From contig JAZDFF010000015.1 in the NCBI GenBank assembly GCA_043808095.1, positions 2,015-66,014 of the forward strand: DNA of 64,000 nt. The letters are read 5' to 3'. This stretch comes from Candidatus Omnitrophota bacterium. GTDB lineage: Bacteria > Omnitrophota > Gorgyraeia > JAZDFF01. Position 1 is the first letter of the stretch; every line of letters starts with the position of its first letter. Below the pieces are notes generated by a model. It searched no databases and was not told the DNA's origin. It saw only the letters and a program-made list of their open reading frames with translations. A program made the translations under genes and the position numbers. Positions 30,357-40,444 of the stretch are shown piece after piece.

Positions 30357-31511
30357 TTAAAACCTATATAGTTCGGTGCACTTCGAACACACAGGAAAAA
30401 CCTTTATTTTTTTAACAATTTTACGAAAATTTCTGTATGTGGCATTATTCCAGATCTGTCGAAAACTTTGTTCTTTCACATTACCACAGGAAAAATCTAA
30501 TTCCTCGCAAGGACGAACTGTTCCATCGGGAAATATATATGCTGTCATCCAAGGACTTAGACAGCGATTTTTATAACTGGAAGGGGTAAATTCAAAATCA
30601 GAATAATACCTCTTAATTTCATCATCACTAAAATTCGGATAGAAAAATACCCCAATAGGAAATTTTGATTTATCTATCCTTTTTATCTCTTCAATAAAAT
30701 ATTCTATGTCTATATTGGGCAGTTGGCCCCGCACAAATCCTGACCAGTCAGAAGATTTTATGTTAAAGTATTCCTTAAATATTTGGTTGTGCCTAGCTAA
30801 AATATCATTGTTAATAAAACAAAGGTGATGAAATGTTATGGAATCTGCTCCAATAGATGCTGCTATCTCTATAATCTCGTTAAGAAGCCTAAAATTATCT
30901 TCCGAGATAGTACAAGCTATATTTATGCGAGGCGATTTTATTGACCGCCTTTTCTTTTCTACATTAATCTGCCTCAAGCCCTCAATTGCCATGTCGAATG
31001 AACCGCTTACCTGGGTTATTTCATCATGGATATGCCGAGGTCCCTCTAAGGAAAAGATAATTTCATCAAGTCCCGAATTAATAACTTCAAGGGCTTTATC
31101 TTTTAGGATTGTGCCGTTGGTCACGACATTGCAACGTAGCCATTTTCCCTTGATATAACTAACCAAATCCGGCCAATGCCTATACAAAAGCGGCTCTCCT
31201 CCGAATAAAGTTATATTTGGCTTAAAGGCAGAAACCTCGGCTATAAGCTTCTCTAGTTCTGCCATACTTAATTCTTCTCTAAGAAATTCGGGGGATTCCT
31301 GCTTCATAGACCCGCACTTACCCCAATAGCCGCACATCCTACATCTTAGGTTACAATTATAAGTTAAAAATAAAGATAAGGTCTCGGGGTAGTTACTATA
31401 GCCATTAAAAAAATGATAACTGAGCTGAGAAAAAATTCTTTTTTTAAAAACGCTTATGGCATAAGCTGGCTCTTTCAATGATTTTTTTATAGTTCTTTTG
31501 GAAATAATCAT
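30357..31511 (-). CDS. Radical SAM protein with C-terminal SPASM/twitch Cys cluster
   Basis: 384 aa. CNLRCRMCGY (CxxxCxxC) near the N-terminus and C-terminal Cys motifs (CEELDFSCGN...CSKC). Confidence 0.75.
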   Translation of the reverse strand: MIISKRTIKKSLKEPAYAISVFKKRIFSQLSYHFFNGYSNYPETLSLFLTYNCNLRCRMCGYWGKCGSMKQESPEFLREELSMAELEKLIAEVSAFKPNITLFGGEPLLYRHWPDLVSYIKGKWLRCNVVTNGTILKDKALEVINSGLDEIIFSLEGPRHIHDEITQVSGSFDMAIEGLRQINVEKKRRSIKSPRINIACTISEDNFRLLNEIIEIAASIGADSITFHHLCFINNDILARHNQIFKEYFNIKSSDWSGFVRGQLPNIDIEYFIEEIKRIDKSKFPIGVFFYPNFSDDEIKRYYSDFEFTPSSYKNRCLSPWMTAYIFPDGTVRPCEELDFSCGNVKEQSFRQIWNNATYRNFRKIVKKIKVFPVCSKCTELYRF

Positions 31512-32692
31512 AGGGTTCTAAAGATACCAATGATCCTGTCTAGGGTGTCTAGACTTACTAAGGGATGAGCAGGCAAAAGCAAAAGTCTATGCGCCAAATA
31601 AGTGGCGTTAGGGAAAGGATCGGGAACAAGGCTATATCCTAAATTATGAATATGGTGTATGGGCTCTCGATATAAGGTAGTCGCTTCGATACCTACCCGT
31701 AGCAATTTATTTAGTATATTATCCCTCAAGTTACTGTCTCTGAATAACACTGGAAATTGATTATAAACTGGCAAACTGCCCGGAGGAAGTTGCGGCAGAA
31801 TTATCGCATCAATATCTTTTAGTACCTCATATAATCTTGAGCCGATATTATGTCGCTTTTCAACGATTAAATTCAGTCTCTTGAGCAAAGATAACCCCAC
31901 AGCTGCCTGAAAATCGGTGTAGCGCTTAACTTCAAAACTACTGTGAAGTGCCGTATCTTTAAACTTAGCTATTAGAGGATAGCATAAAGTATAAACCAAA
32001 GGCCTAACTGCTAAAGCCAGGGCTATAGTTTTAATTGGCATAAAAGCAATGTCTAAATTATTGGGCCTCCTTACCACTCCTGCTTCTTGCTCTATTGCTC
32101 GAGCAATATCCTGTGCATCCGTAGTTATGCAGCCTCCCGAAAACGTGCTCATATTCTTGCCGCGATTAAAACTAAAAATACTCACATCTCCTATGGAACC
32201 CACCTTTTTGCCAGAGAGCATCGCACCTAAGGCTGAGGCGCTATCTTCAAATACGAATATTCCTTTTTTTCTACCAATCTCCGTAATCTTATCCATCTGG
32301 CAGGGAATGCCGAACATATGCACAGGTACGATACAGAGAGTTTTATCAGTAATAACTTCGTATAATTTATCTATATCCAGATTAAACGTTGAACCAGATA
32401 TGTCACAAAGAATGGGCTTCAGGCCTGCCTGCCAAATAGGTAGAACCAAATGAGGAGCTGTATAAGCCGGCAGAATCACCTCTTCCTTTTCAGAGAGGCG
32501 CCTTAATGCTTTAAGTACGATATAGAAAGCAGCGGTTCCTGAACTAAAGGCAAAACAGTATTTTGTCCCAAAAATATTACAGATTTCCTGTTCAAACTGG
32601 GCAATATAGGATTTCTTTAAAAAAAATGAGCCAAACCCTATTTGTATATCCGTCCAACTAATCGGTGTTCCGGCCGAAGGTACTCTCATCAT
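31508..32692 (-). CDS. DegT/DnrJ/EryC1-family sugar aminotransferase (PLP)
   Basis: 394 aa. Layout and SFNRGKNMSTFSGG motif. Overlaps the rSAM/SPASM gene by 4 nt, suggesting translational coupling. Confidence 0.75.
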   Translation of the reverse strand: MMRVPSAGTPISWTDIQIGFGSFFLKKSYIAQFEQEICNIFGTKYCFAFSSGTAAFYIVLKALRRLSEKEEVILPAYTAPHLVLPIWQAGLKPILCDISGSTFNLDIDKLYEVITDKTLCIVPVHMFGIPCQMDKITEIGRKKGIFVFEDSASALGAMLSGKKVGSIGDVSIFSFNRGKNMSTFSGGCITTDAQDIARAIEQEAGVVRRPNNLDIAFMPIKTIALALAVRPLVYTLCYPLIAKFKDTALHSSFEVKRYTDFQAAVGLSLLKRLNLIVEKRHNIGSRLYEVLKDIDAIILPQLPPGSLPVYNQFPVLFRDSNLRDNILNKLLRVGIEATTLYREPIHHIHNLGYSLVPDPFPNATYLAHRLLLLPAHPLVSLDTLDRIIGIFRTL

Positions 32693-33354
32693 TCTTTAAC
32701 TACCTCAAAAAGGACAACCGGGGCAAGCCACTTCAAAGGGAACCCAATAGGTATCTTTCTGGCAACACGAAGGCTTAACTTCTTCAAAATCTCATCTATC
32801 TCTTTAAGCCGATATGTCTTCAAAGGCCAAGGACAAGAGGGATTATAATACTTTACCCATTTATATCCAAAGTAAAGCAGGGGATTGCATTTGTTGCGCA
32901 CATCAAAGATGATACTACCTTTCTGATTACACAAACGGACCATTTCTTTAATAATATCAACCATTTCTTTTTCGGAAGAAAGATTATAAAGCATATTAAT
33001 ACATATAACTATATCAAAATAATTATCTCTAAAAGGAGTAATTTTAGCCTCTGAACGAATTATTTTTATATTCTCCGGATTCCTGTTTTTAATATCTTTA
33101 GCCAATTCTTTCAGAACCATATTATCATAGTCTATTCCTATGAGTTGCGAATGAAAGATTTTGGGTCCCAAGGCTGTAAGAAATAGCCCTTCTCCACATC
33201 CAATTTCAAGCAAAAATCCTCTCTTATCTTCACATATTGTTAAAGCTGCCTGTCTCACTCTAGAAGGAAAATATCCCGATGAAGGCGTAACCTTTTTTTT
33301 GTTCCCTAAGATGAAATTACGAAACCAGATATATAACTTTTCTAAAAAATTCAT
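32689..33354 (-). CDS. Class I SAM-dependent methyltransferase
   Basis: 221 aa with motif I LEIGCGEGLF. Confidence 0.65.
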   Translation of the reverse strand: MNFLEKLYIWFRNFILGNKKKVTPSSGYFPSRVRQAALTICEDKRGFLLEIGCGEGLFLTALGPKIFHSQLIGIDYDNMVLKELAKDIKNRNPENIKIIRSEAKITPFRDNYFDIVICINMLYNLSSEKEMVDIIKEMVRLCNQKGSIIFDVRNKCNPLLYFGYKWVKYYNPSCPWPLKTYRLKEIDEILKKLSLRVARKIPIGFPLKWLAPVVLFEVVKE

Positions 33355-33363
33355 TGTTTGGTA

Positions 33364-34215
33364 TTATTTCTTTAATACAACAATAAATTCATCAAACCAT
33401 TCCTGGGGAATGATCCTGGAGAACATCTTATTATCTAATATATTTAATATACTAATTATTTTATTTATAAATAAATGGATAAGCTTATTGGTTGTTCTTT
33501 GTGCAATCGGATCTGTAAGCCAGTAAAATATTCGAGAACTAAAACCTGAAAATCTTTCAATTCTTACAGAGCTGAATCCTGCGTCATGACATTTTTCTTC
33601 CATCTCTCTAAAACCAAAGGTGCGGATATCAATTAATTTTTCTGATTCAGACTTTGAAAGTCTCTTATATAAGAGAAATACGGACCAGGTTATCCATCTT
33701 AAGATAGCTATAATCTTATTAGCTTTTAAACTTGGCTCAATAATTAGACAAAAGCCACCTATTTTTAATGACCTATAGCAATCACAAATACATTTTTCAT
33801 AGTTTGGCAGATGATGTAAAATGCCATGAACAATTATAAAGCCAAAGCTATTATCTTTATAGGGTAAATTTTCGGCATCACCTTTCACAAACCTCATATT
33901 TATTCCCAATCGTATGGCATTTTCTCTGCATTTTTCCAACATCCCTAAAGATATGTCTATTCCATACGGTTCTTTTATATCTCTATTTAAAACTAAATTA
34001 AGAACGACGCTGCCGGTACCACAACCAACTGATAAGAATCTCTGATTGTTTTGGTATTTATTTGTAAATAGAGAGCCGATCTTTGATAACTCCGATTTAA
34101 ATACATCTGTACTAAAGGTAACCCTGCGCAACCTATCATACTTACTGCACATTTCATCGAAGATGACTATATTTGCTTTCTTAACTTTATCAGCATCAAA
34201 TTTTTTCATAAACAT
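33364..34215 (-). CDS. Class I SAM-dependent methyltransferase
   Basis: 283 aa with motif I LSVGCGTGSV. Confidence 0.65.
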   Translation of the reverse strand: MFMKKFDADKVKKANIVIFDEMCSKYDRLRRVTFSTDVFKSELSKIGSLFTNKYQNNQRFLSVGCGTGSVVLNLVLNRDIKEPYGIDISLGMLEKCRENAIRLGINMRFVKGDAENLPYKDNSFGFIIVHGILHHLPNYEKCICDCYRSLKIGGFCLIIEPSLKANKIIAILRWITWSVFLLYKRLSKSESEKLIDIRTFGFREMEEKCHDAGFSSVRIERFSGFSSRIFYWLTDPIAQRTTNKLIHLFINKIISILNILDNKMFSRIIPQEWFDEFIVVLKK

Positions 34216-35354
34216 AGTAATTGTCTAAATTGATCAGCAACCCTTTGCCATGAAAAGTATCTTTCTACCCTATCCCTTCCATTTTTACCTAATCGCTGGG
34301 CATAATCGGTATCTGTAAAAAGCCCTATTATTGCATTGGCTATTTCATCGCAGCTATTAGGATTAACCAGAATTCCAGTTACGCCTTCTATAACCGCATC
34401 TCCCACTCCACCTGACCTACCTCCTATAACGGGTTTACCGCAGGCACTTGCTTCAATAAAAGAAATTCCAAAACCTTCGACTATCTCACTGCCACTAGTC
34501 TCCCTATTAGGCATAACATAAATATCGCATGCATTATAGAATGATTTAACCTCCCGATGGTCTATTTCGCCAATGAAGATTACATAATCCTCGAGATTAT
34601 ATTGTCTAACCAAACAATTTAGACTATCCTTCAAAGGGCCGTCACCAACAATAAGATAGACGACGTTAGGAATCTCAGATTTAACTTTGGCAAGACTTCT
34701 GATAACCATGTCCTGGCCCTTTCTTTCTACTAATCTTGCCACTGTCAATAAAACTTTCTTGCCCATAAGATTATACCTTTCCTTGATCTTGGTAGAATCT
34801 GATTGAGGATTGAAGGTTTCTAAATCTACGCCCGGGGGTATCTTAACAATATTATTTTTTTGATTATTCAAATTCAAATACTCTCGATAAGTATATTCAC
34901 TATCCACTATTATTAATTCGGCATTCCTAACAATCAATTTTAAAATTTTGCTAATCAATAACGAATACTTATATTTTTTTGATTCACCTCCCCAGCCATA
35001 AATAAGGTATCTCAGGCCAAATAATTTCCTAAATACCAGGCCAGAAAAACCGGAAGAGACAGGATGTGCACATATAAGAAGACTTATATTCTCTTTCTTT
35101 ATTAGCCGAAGAGCGTAAAATAAGAAAAAGATGGTCTTTCTAATCTGGGATAAGCGGCTACCTCCTGAGAGAAAGGGCAATCTGTATACCTTGTTTTTTT
35201 GTTCTCTATCAAAATCCCAGGCCCCCTTAACTTGTGGCGCCAGTATGATTATATGTTCTTCTGGTAAATTTCTGCAAATATTATAAAAAAATGTGGATAT
35301 GCCACTAACTATGGGAGGATAGTCACCTGTAATCAATAATATCTTTTTATCCAT
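34206..35354 (-). CDS. Glycosyltransferase family 4
   Basis: 382 aa with EGFGISFIEASACGKPVIG. Confidence 0.75.
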   Translation of the reverse strand: MDKKILLITGDYPPIVSGISTFFYNICRNLPEEHIIILAPQVKGAWDFDREQKNKVYRLPFLSGGSRLSQIRKTIFFLFYALRLIKKENISLLICAHPVSSGFSGLVFRKLFGLRYLIYGWGGESKKYKYSLLISKILKLIVRNAELIIVDSEYTYREYLNLNNQKNNIVKIPPGVDLETFNPQSDSTKIKERYNLMGKKVLLTVARLVERKGQDMVIRSLAKVKSEIPNVVYLIVGDGPLKDSLNCLVRQYNLEDYVIFIGEIDHREVKSFYNACDIYVMPNRETSGSEIVEGFGISFIEASACGKPVIGGRSGGVGDAVIEGVTGILVNPNSCDEIANAIIGLFTDTDYAQRLGKNGRDRVERYFSWQRVADQFRQLLCL

Positions 35355-35356
35355 TG

Positions 35357-36481
35357 TTAAACTTCGTTTAAAACCTCTTCCATAACCCCCAATATTCTTG
35401 AGGCAGATTTTTCAACTAAAAATTCTTTAGCCCTATTTAATCCAAGTTCTCTCATTTGAAGTCTGAGCTCACTATCATTAAGTAAATTATTTAATTCCGC
35501 AATTAATTCATCATTATTATTGGGATTTATCTTAATAGCTGCATTTCCGATTAACTCTGGAATAGCGGTTGTATTAGAGGCAATTACAGCTGTCCCACAG
35601 GCCATAGCTTCTAAAACTGGTAAACCAAAACCTTCATAGAATGAGGGTAATGCCAATAGCTCGGCAGCACTGTATAAAGCAGGAAGATCCTGCTCGTCTA
35701 CAAAATTAATAAATAAAACTTTTTGGGTAAGTTTTAATTTCTCAACTAAATTATGAATCTCTTTAAATAGACGGTTCTTATTTGCTACGATTACTAATTG
35801 AGTCTCATTTCTAAGCCTAACCGAAATTCTGGAATAAGCAGTTATTAATCCTTTTACATTTTTGTGCGGCAGGAAATTACCCAAGAAAAGAATATATTTT
35901 TTAATAATTCCGTATTTTTGCTTCATCGCCTCAAGGGCAATTGTATCGGTTATGGGTCTAAATTGCTTCTCTACACCATTTGGGATAACACTTATTTTTT
36001 CTTCAATAACATTAAATGTATTAATAATATCTCTTTTGGAGTAATTAGAAACGGCGATAATCCTATCTGACTTTTTGGTTAATATTTTCCCGAGTGTGGT
36101 AAAAAAAATAAATTTATTAATCTTATCGATACCTTTATAGAAAGGGAACTTAAGGAATAAAAGGTCATGTATAGTAATTACAAACTTGCAAGGACAATAA
36201 ATGGGCGCCTTCAGGTAAGGAGAAAAAAACAGGTCTATTTTCTGCTTCTTTAAAAAACGTGGTAACTGGATTTGGTCCCAGAAAAAGGAAGATTCAGAAG
36301 GAATAAATTCTTTTTTAAGATTTATATTAAATTCGGATATTTCATTTGTATCTGTTACGATTATAAATTCCCAATCCTTTTTAGAAAAGGTAGTGATATG
36401 TCTAAGAAAATTTAGCAGAAATCTTCCTATGCCGGTTATTCTATTGTAACGTAATTCTCGGACATCTACTGCTATCTTCAT
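35357..36481 (-). CDS. Glycosyltransferase family 4
   Basis: 374 aa with EGFGLPVLEAMACGTAVIAS. Confidence 0.75.
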   Translation of the reverse strand: MKIAVDVRELRYNRITGIGRFLLNFLRHITTFSKKDWEFIIVTDTNEISEFNINLKKEFIPSESSFFWDQIQLPRFLKKQKIDLFFSPYLKAPIYCPCKFVITIHDLLFLKFPFYKGIDKINKFIFFTTLGKILTKKSDRIIAVSNYSKRDIINTFNVIEEKISVIPNGVEKQFRPITDTIALEAMKQKYGIIKKYILFLGNFLPHKNVKGLITAYSRISVRLRNETQLVIVANKNRLFKEIHNLVEKLKLTQKVLFINFVDEQDLPALYSAAELLALPSFYEGFGLPVLEAMACGTAVIASNTTAIPELIGNAAIKINPNNNDELIAELNNLLNDSELRLQMRELGLNRAKEFLVEKSASRILGVMEEVLNEV

Positions 36482-37308
36482 TTAATTTTTTTAGCATAAA
36501 CCTCAAATGCTATACCAAAATTGACTTTCAAAATCTTATATAAAGCCCAGGCTGAAATATCGAGAATTCGTTCCCATAAAAAAGCTCTTTCTTTGTCTAT
36601 ATCGAATTTTATAGGAATAAGGCCGGCCTTTTCTAACATCTTCTTTAGAGTATCAGTAGAAAAATGATAAAGATGGATTTCTCTATCATTTAAAGATGTA
36701 AAAATTCTTGGTCTCCTTAATTTGACAATCATATAGGCAATTTTATAGATATAATTTTTAACATTTGGCACTGCAATAACCATTATTCCGCTTCGTCTTA
36801 AAATCCTTCTTGCTTCAATTAAATTACCCAAGGGATCTGTGGTATGTTCCAAGACATGCCAGAAAGTAACTACATCAAAAAAATTTTCTGGAAAATTGGC
36901 ATTTTCAAGCTTTCCTTTAAATACCTCTATACAAAATTCATCTTTAGCATAATTTAATGCATATTCAGATACTTCTGTTCCCCAAACTCGCCAGCCGTTA
37001 TTTTTTGCTTCATTTAAAAATTGGCCAGTGCCACACCCTACATCTAATAACCTTCCCGTATTTTTAAAAGGTTGAATCTTTTTTAACCTTCTTTTCCACA
37101 TCTTTCTTCTGACAGAAATCTGTTTTGTCAACCATGGAGTAAAATAACCTTGATCATAATTTGCTGCCAAACTACTCTCTTCAGGCTGCGGATTAATATA
37201 AATTAATCCGCATTTTTTACACTTAACCAATTTATAGGGATCACTATTCTGTAAAATATCAAAATTATTTTCTCCACATAAATTACAATCTACATATTTA
37301 AATTCCAT
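36478..37308 (-). CDS. Class I SAM-dependent methyltransferase with N-terminal Zn-ribbon
   Basis: 276 aa. CNLCGEN...CKKCGLIYINPQP then LDVGCGTGQF. Confidence 0.65.
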   Translation of the reverse strand: MEFKYVDCNLCGENNFDILQNSDPYKLVKCKKCGLIYINPQPEESSLAANYDQGYFTPWLTKQISVRRKMWKRRLKKIQPFKNTGRLLDVGCGTGQFLNEAKNNGWRVWGTEVSEYALNYAKDEFCIEVFKGKLENANFPENFFDVVTFWHVLEHTTDPLGNLIEARRILRRSGIMVIAVPNVKNYIYKIAYMIVKLRRPRIFTSLNDREIHLYHFSTDTLKKMLEKAGLIPIKFDIDKERAFLWERILDISAWALYKILKVNFGIAFEVYAKKIK

Positions 37309-38428
37309 TTCTTATTAAGCCTGAATATAAATCTTCTACTTTTTTAACATGGATCTTTATGTCAAATAATCCCTCTGCGCGTTTTCTCCCATTCTTACCA
37401 AATGTCTCTGCAACGACTCCATTTTCAAGAAGGTATTCTATCTTCTCAGCCATCCCCTTAAAATCCCTCGGAGTGAGTAAAAAACCCGTGATACCATCCT
37501 CTACTATCTCCGCTACCCCACCACCCCTAAAGGCAACTATAGCTCTTGCGCAAGCCATTGCTTCAATTAATACTCTCCCGAAAGGCTCACCTATAGAAGG
37601 AAGTACGAATAAATCTAAAGATGACATTATCTGAGGGGTATCCTCTCTATTTCCTAAAAATACAACTTTTTTTTCTATATTCAAATCTTTTGTTAATCTC
37701 CTTAGGTAATTCAAATATTTATTATCGTTAAAATAATCAATGCCTACGATTAAAAATTTCGTATTAGATATCTTTTGCGAAACTATCTTGGCCGATTTTA
37801 TAAAATATTCATAACCTTTCCAAGAAACAAATCTACCTACTGTACCTATTAAAAAATTATCTCCTCTATATCCTATCTCATTCCTAAAAGCCATTCTATC
37901 AATTTTCGTATTAAATCTATCTAAGTCTACGCCATTGTATATGAGAATAATCTTGTCCTTTGGAAATAACCACAAAAATCTATTTCTTACAGCCTTAGAT
38001 ATAATTATAATCCTGCTTGCTAATAGCCCAAGCATCAAATCTAGAATTCCTCCGGATTCGATATTCCTTACATGCCAAAAAAATGGAATTTTTGTAAACT
38101 TAGAACTAATGCCTCCTAAAAGAGTAATACCTGCTGTATAATTACAATGAATCAAATGTATATTATTCTGCCGTACAAATTCAATCAGGATTTTTATAGT
38201 TTTGATGGAATGGTAAATATTTAGCGGATTCTTTACTTTCTTTAAATTTATAATATTAATAGGGATGTTGAGGTTTTTAATCTTTTCTGTAAAATTTCCT
38301 TCAGAAGGTGCAACTACATAAGGTTTAAATTTAGTCCTATCCAAATTTTCTAAGAGATTAAGAAAACTTATTTCCCCACCGCCGATAATATTACCTGTGG
38401 TAACCAGATATAAAATATTCATAAACAT
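37298..38428 (-). CDS. Glycosyltransferase family 4
   Basis: 376 aa with EPFGRVLIEAMACARAIVA. Confidence 0.75.
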   Translation of the reverse strand: MFMNILYLVTTGNIIGGGEISFLNLLENLDRTKFKPYVVAPSEGNFTEKIKNLNIPINIINLKKVKNPLNIYHSIKTIKILIEFVRQNNIHLIHCNYTAGITLLGGISSKFTKIPFFWHVRNIESGGILDLMLGLLASRIIIISKAVRNRFLWLFPKDKIILIYNGVDLDRFNTKIDRMAFRNEIGYRGDNFLIGTVGRFVSWKGYEYFIKSAKIVSQKISNTKFLIVGIDYFNDNKYLNYLRRLTKDLNIEKKVVFLGNREDTPQIMSSLDLFVLPSIGEPFGRVLIEAMACARAIVAFRGGGVAEIVEDGITGFLLTPRDFKGMAEKIEYLLENGVVAETFGKNGRKRAEGLFDIKIHVKKVEDLYSGLIRNGI

Positions 38429-38451
38429 ATTTGATTTTTATTTTATAACAT

Positions 38452-39306
38452 TCATACTTTTCTTAAACTTATAATCACGTCCTCTGATAGATTCTTTAAA
38501 AAAAATAACTTATCTAATAAGATTTCTATCAAAAGGACTAATGCGAAAATGGTTCTTCTTTTATCCTGTTGTGGAGTACCAAATAGCAAAGCACCTCTTT
38601 TAATTTCCTCTACTTTGAATTTGCAATCACGAAAAATTCTTATCCATTCATTAAGGCTCCTTACGGAGATATGCCCATAGGCAATTTCTGAATGACTGTT
38701 ACCTAACAAACCAAAATTCGGATTTTCTATCTCTTTAGGGTAATCAGAATTTATTTTCCATGATTTCAGAAATAGAGGCCTTAATAACTTTTTCAGCCTT
38801 AAAATTAAAGTAGACTGATTAGGGGTAGTAATAATAGCCAACCCCTCCGGTTTAAGAATCCGATAAAACTCGTTTATTGCTCGCTCGGGGTTTCTTAAAT
38901 GCTCCAAAACTTCTATTGAAAGTAGAATATCAAAGTTGTTATTGGGAAAATTTAAACATTCTGCATTATCGATATTAAATATGGTATTTTTTGTTTGATA
39001 TTCTTCTTTTTTAAGATTACAGTAATATACCCTTGAGGGATCTAGATCAACTCCGTAAAATTCTAAATTATTTTCTTTGCCAAAATCTTGATTCAAATGA
39101 AAGATATTTGAGCCCAACCCACAGCCTATATCTATAATCCTGAGTGGCTCCTTTTTAATTTTAACCTCTTTTTGAAAGAGAGACGAGATCTTTTGAAATT
39201 TCTTCCACCAGAAATATGTTCTAGTATAGCTGATTGGCTTTTGAGCCTCTTTTATAAAATGCTTATTAATTGCTTCCAATGATAAACTTTCTTCTAATTT
39301 AGACAT
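38452..39306 (-). CDS. Class I SAM-dependent methyltransferase
   Basis: 284 aa with motif I IDIGCGLGSN. Confidence 0.65.
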   Translation of the reverse strand: MSKLEESLSLEAINKHFIKEAQKPISYTRTYFWWKKFQKISSLFQKEVKIKKEPLRIIDIGCGLGSNIFHLNQDFGKENNLEFYGVDLDPSRVYYCNLKKEEYQTKNTIFNIDNAECLNFPNNNFDILLSIEVLEHLRNPERAINEFYRILKPEGLAIITTPNQSTLILRLKKLLRPLFLKSWKINSDYPKEIENPNFGLLGNSHSEIAYGHISVRSLNEWIRIFRDCKFKVEEIKRGALLFGTPQQDKRRTIFALVLLIEILLDKLFFLKNLSEDVIISLRKV

Positions 39307-39341
39307 CTTAAAACTTTCAAAATAAGTTTTGGTTTTATGTT

Positions 39342-40430
39342 TTATTTAATGCTTCCAAGCAAATTGATATTCCTTTTATTGATAATATCTTCTAATACTA
39401 TTTTGAGTTGTTTACCAATAACCTCGGGAGTAAAATTTTGGATATATAATTGATAGCCAGCATCAGCTATGTTTTCAGCCAAACTTCTGTTATCTCTTAA
39501 AAGAAGTATAGCCCCTGCTAAGGCCTTAGAATCTGCTAAGGGGCAAAGAAGGGCATTCTGTCGGTCTGAAATTATCTCTCTGATAGCAAGGGTATCCCCA
39601 GTAATTAATGGCTTGCTCATCGCTAAAATCGAAATTACTCTATTAGAAATAATGCTATTGGCTTTTCTGGTATTTCCAAAGATACCTAAACAAATATCTG
39701 ATGCTGCAATATAATCGGGGACTTTGTTAAGCGGTACTTGATCTTCAAAAGAGATATTTTTAAATTCAGAACCCAGTTTTATAATCTCTTCGGGAATCTT
39801 ACCAACCAACTTGAATTTAATCTCAGGGTATGGTTGTAATAACTTAGCCGCCTCAATTACATACTCTAGGCCTACTTGCGGAGAGTAAGATCCAATACTC
39901 AAGACTAGAAAATCTTTATCGTTTCTATTGATTGCTTTAGGATAAAATAAGGAATTATCCGATCCTAAACGAACAACTTTAAACTTCTCTTCTCTTATTC
40001 CAAATTCTTGCTGAAAAAAGACTTTCTGGGCATAAGTATGTATAAATATAAAGTCGGCCAAAAAACAGCTAAATTTATCTAAAAAATGTAAATACTTTGC
40101 ATAGAAAGAACCTTCTTTTAGGGATTTTCTATCAAAGACTTCGGTATCATAGAAAGAAATAAAAGGATCAAAGATTAATGGTTTTCCTTGTATTAGCGTA
40201 AACAATCTCGCCAATGGAACGTTAGTTGCCCCAAACTCTGGAACAATAATAACATCGTAGTCTTTTCTAAACCTTAGATATTTGAAAATTAAACGTAAAT
40301 ACCTAATCCAAATCCTGCGTGAATTATCGTAACATTCGATAACTTCAACTCCATTTTCTCTAAGCCCTTTCCTTATAACTAAATTCCTTGGGTAATCTTC
40401 AGTATATGGCCCAAAATAACAAACCTTCAT
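39342..40430 (-). CDS. Glycosyltransferase (GT-B fold, GT1/GT4-like)
   Basis: 362 aa. Two-Rossmann layout but a weaker EX7E region. Confidence 0.5.
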   Translation of the reverse strand: MKVCYFGPYTEDYPRNLVIRKGLRENGVEVIECYDNSRRIWIRYLRLIFKYLRFRKDYDVIIVPEFGATNVPLARLFTLIQGKPLIFDPFISFYDTEVFDRKSLKEGSFYAKYLHFLDKFSCFLADFIFIHTYAQKVFFQQEFGIREEKFKVVRLGSDNSLFYPKAINRNDKDFLVLSIGSYSPQVGLEYVIEAAKLLQPYPEIKFKLVGKIPEEIIKLGSEFKNISFEDQVPLNKVPDYIAASDICLGIFGNTRKANSIISNRVISILAMSKPLITGDTLAIREIISDRQNALLCPLADSKALAGAILLLRDNRSLAENIADAGYQLYIQNFTPEVIGKQLKIVLEDIINKRNINLLGSIK

Positions 40431-40444
40431 AGTTTAACTTTAAA

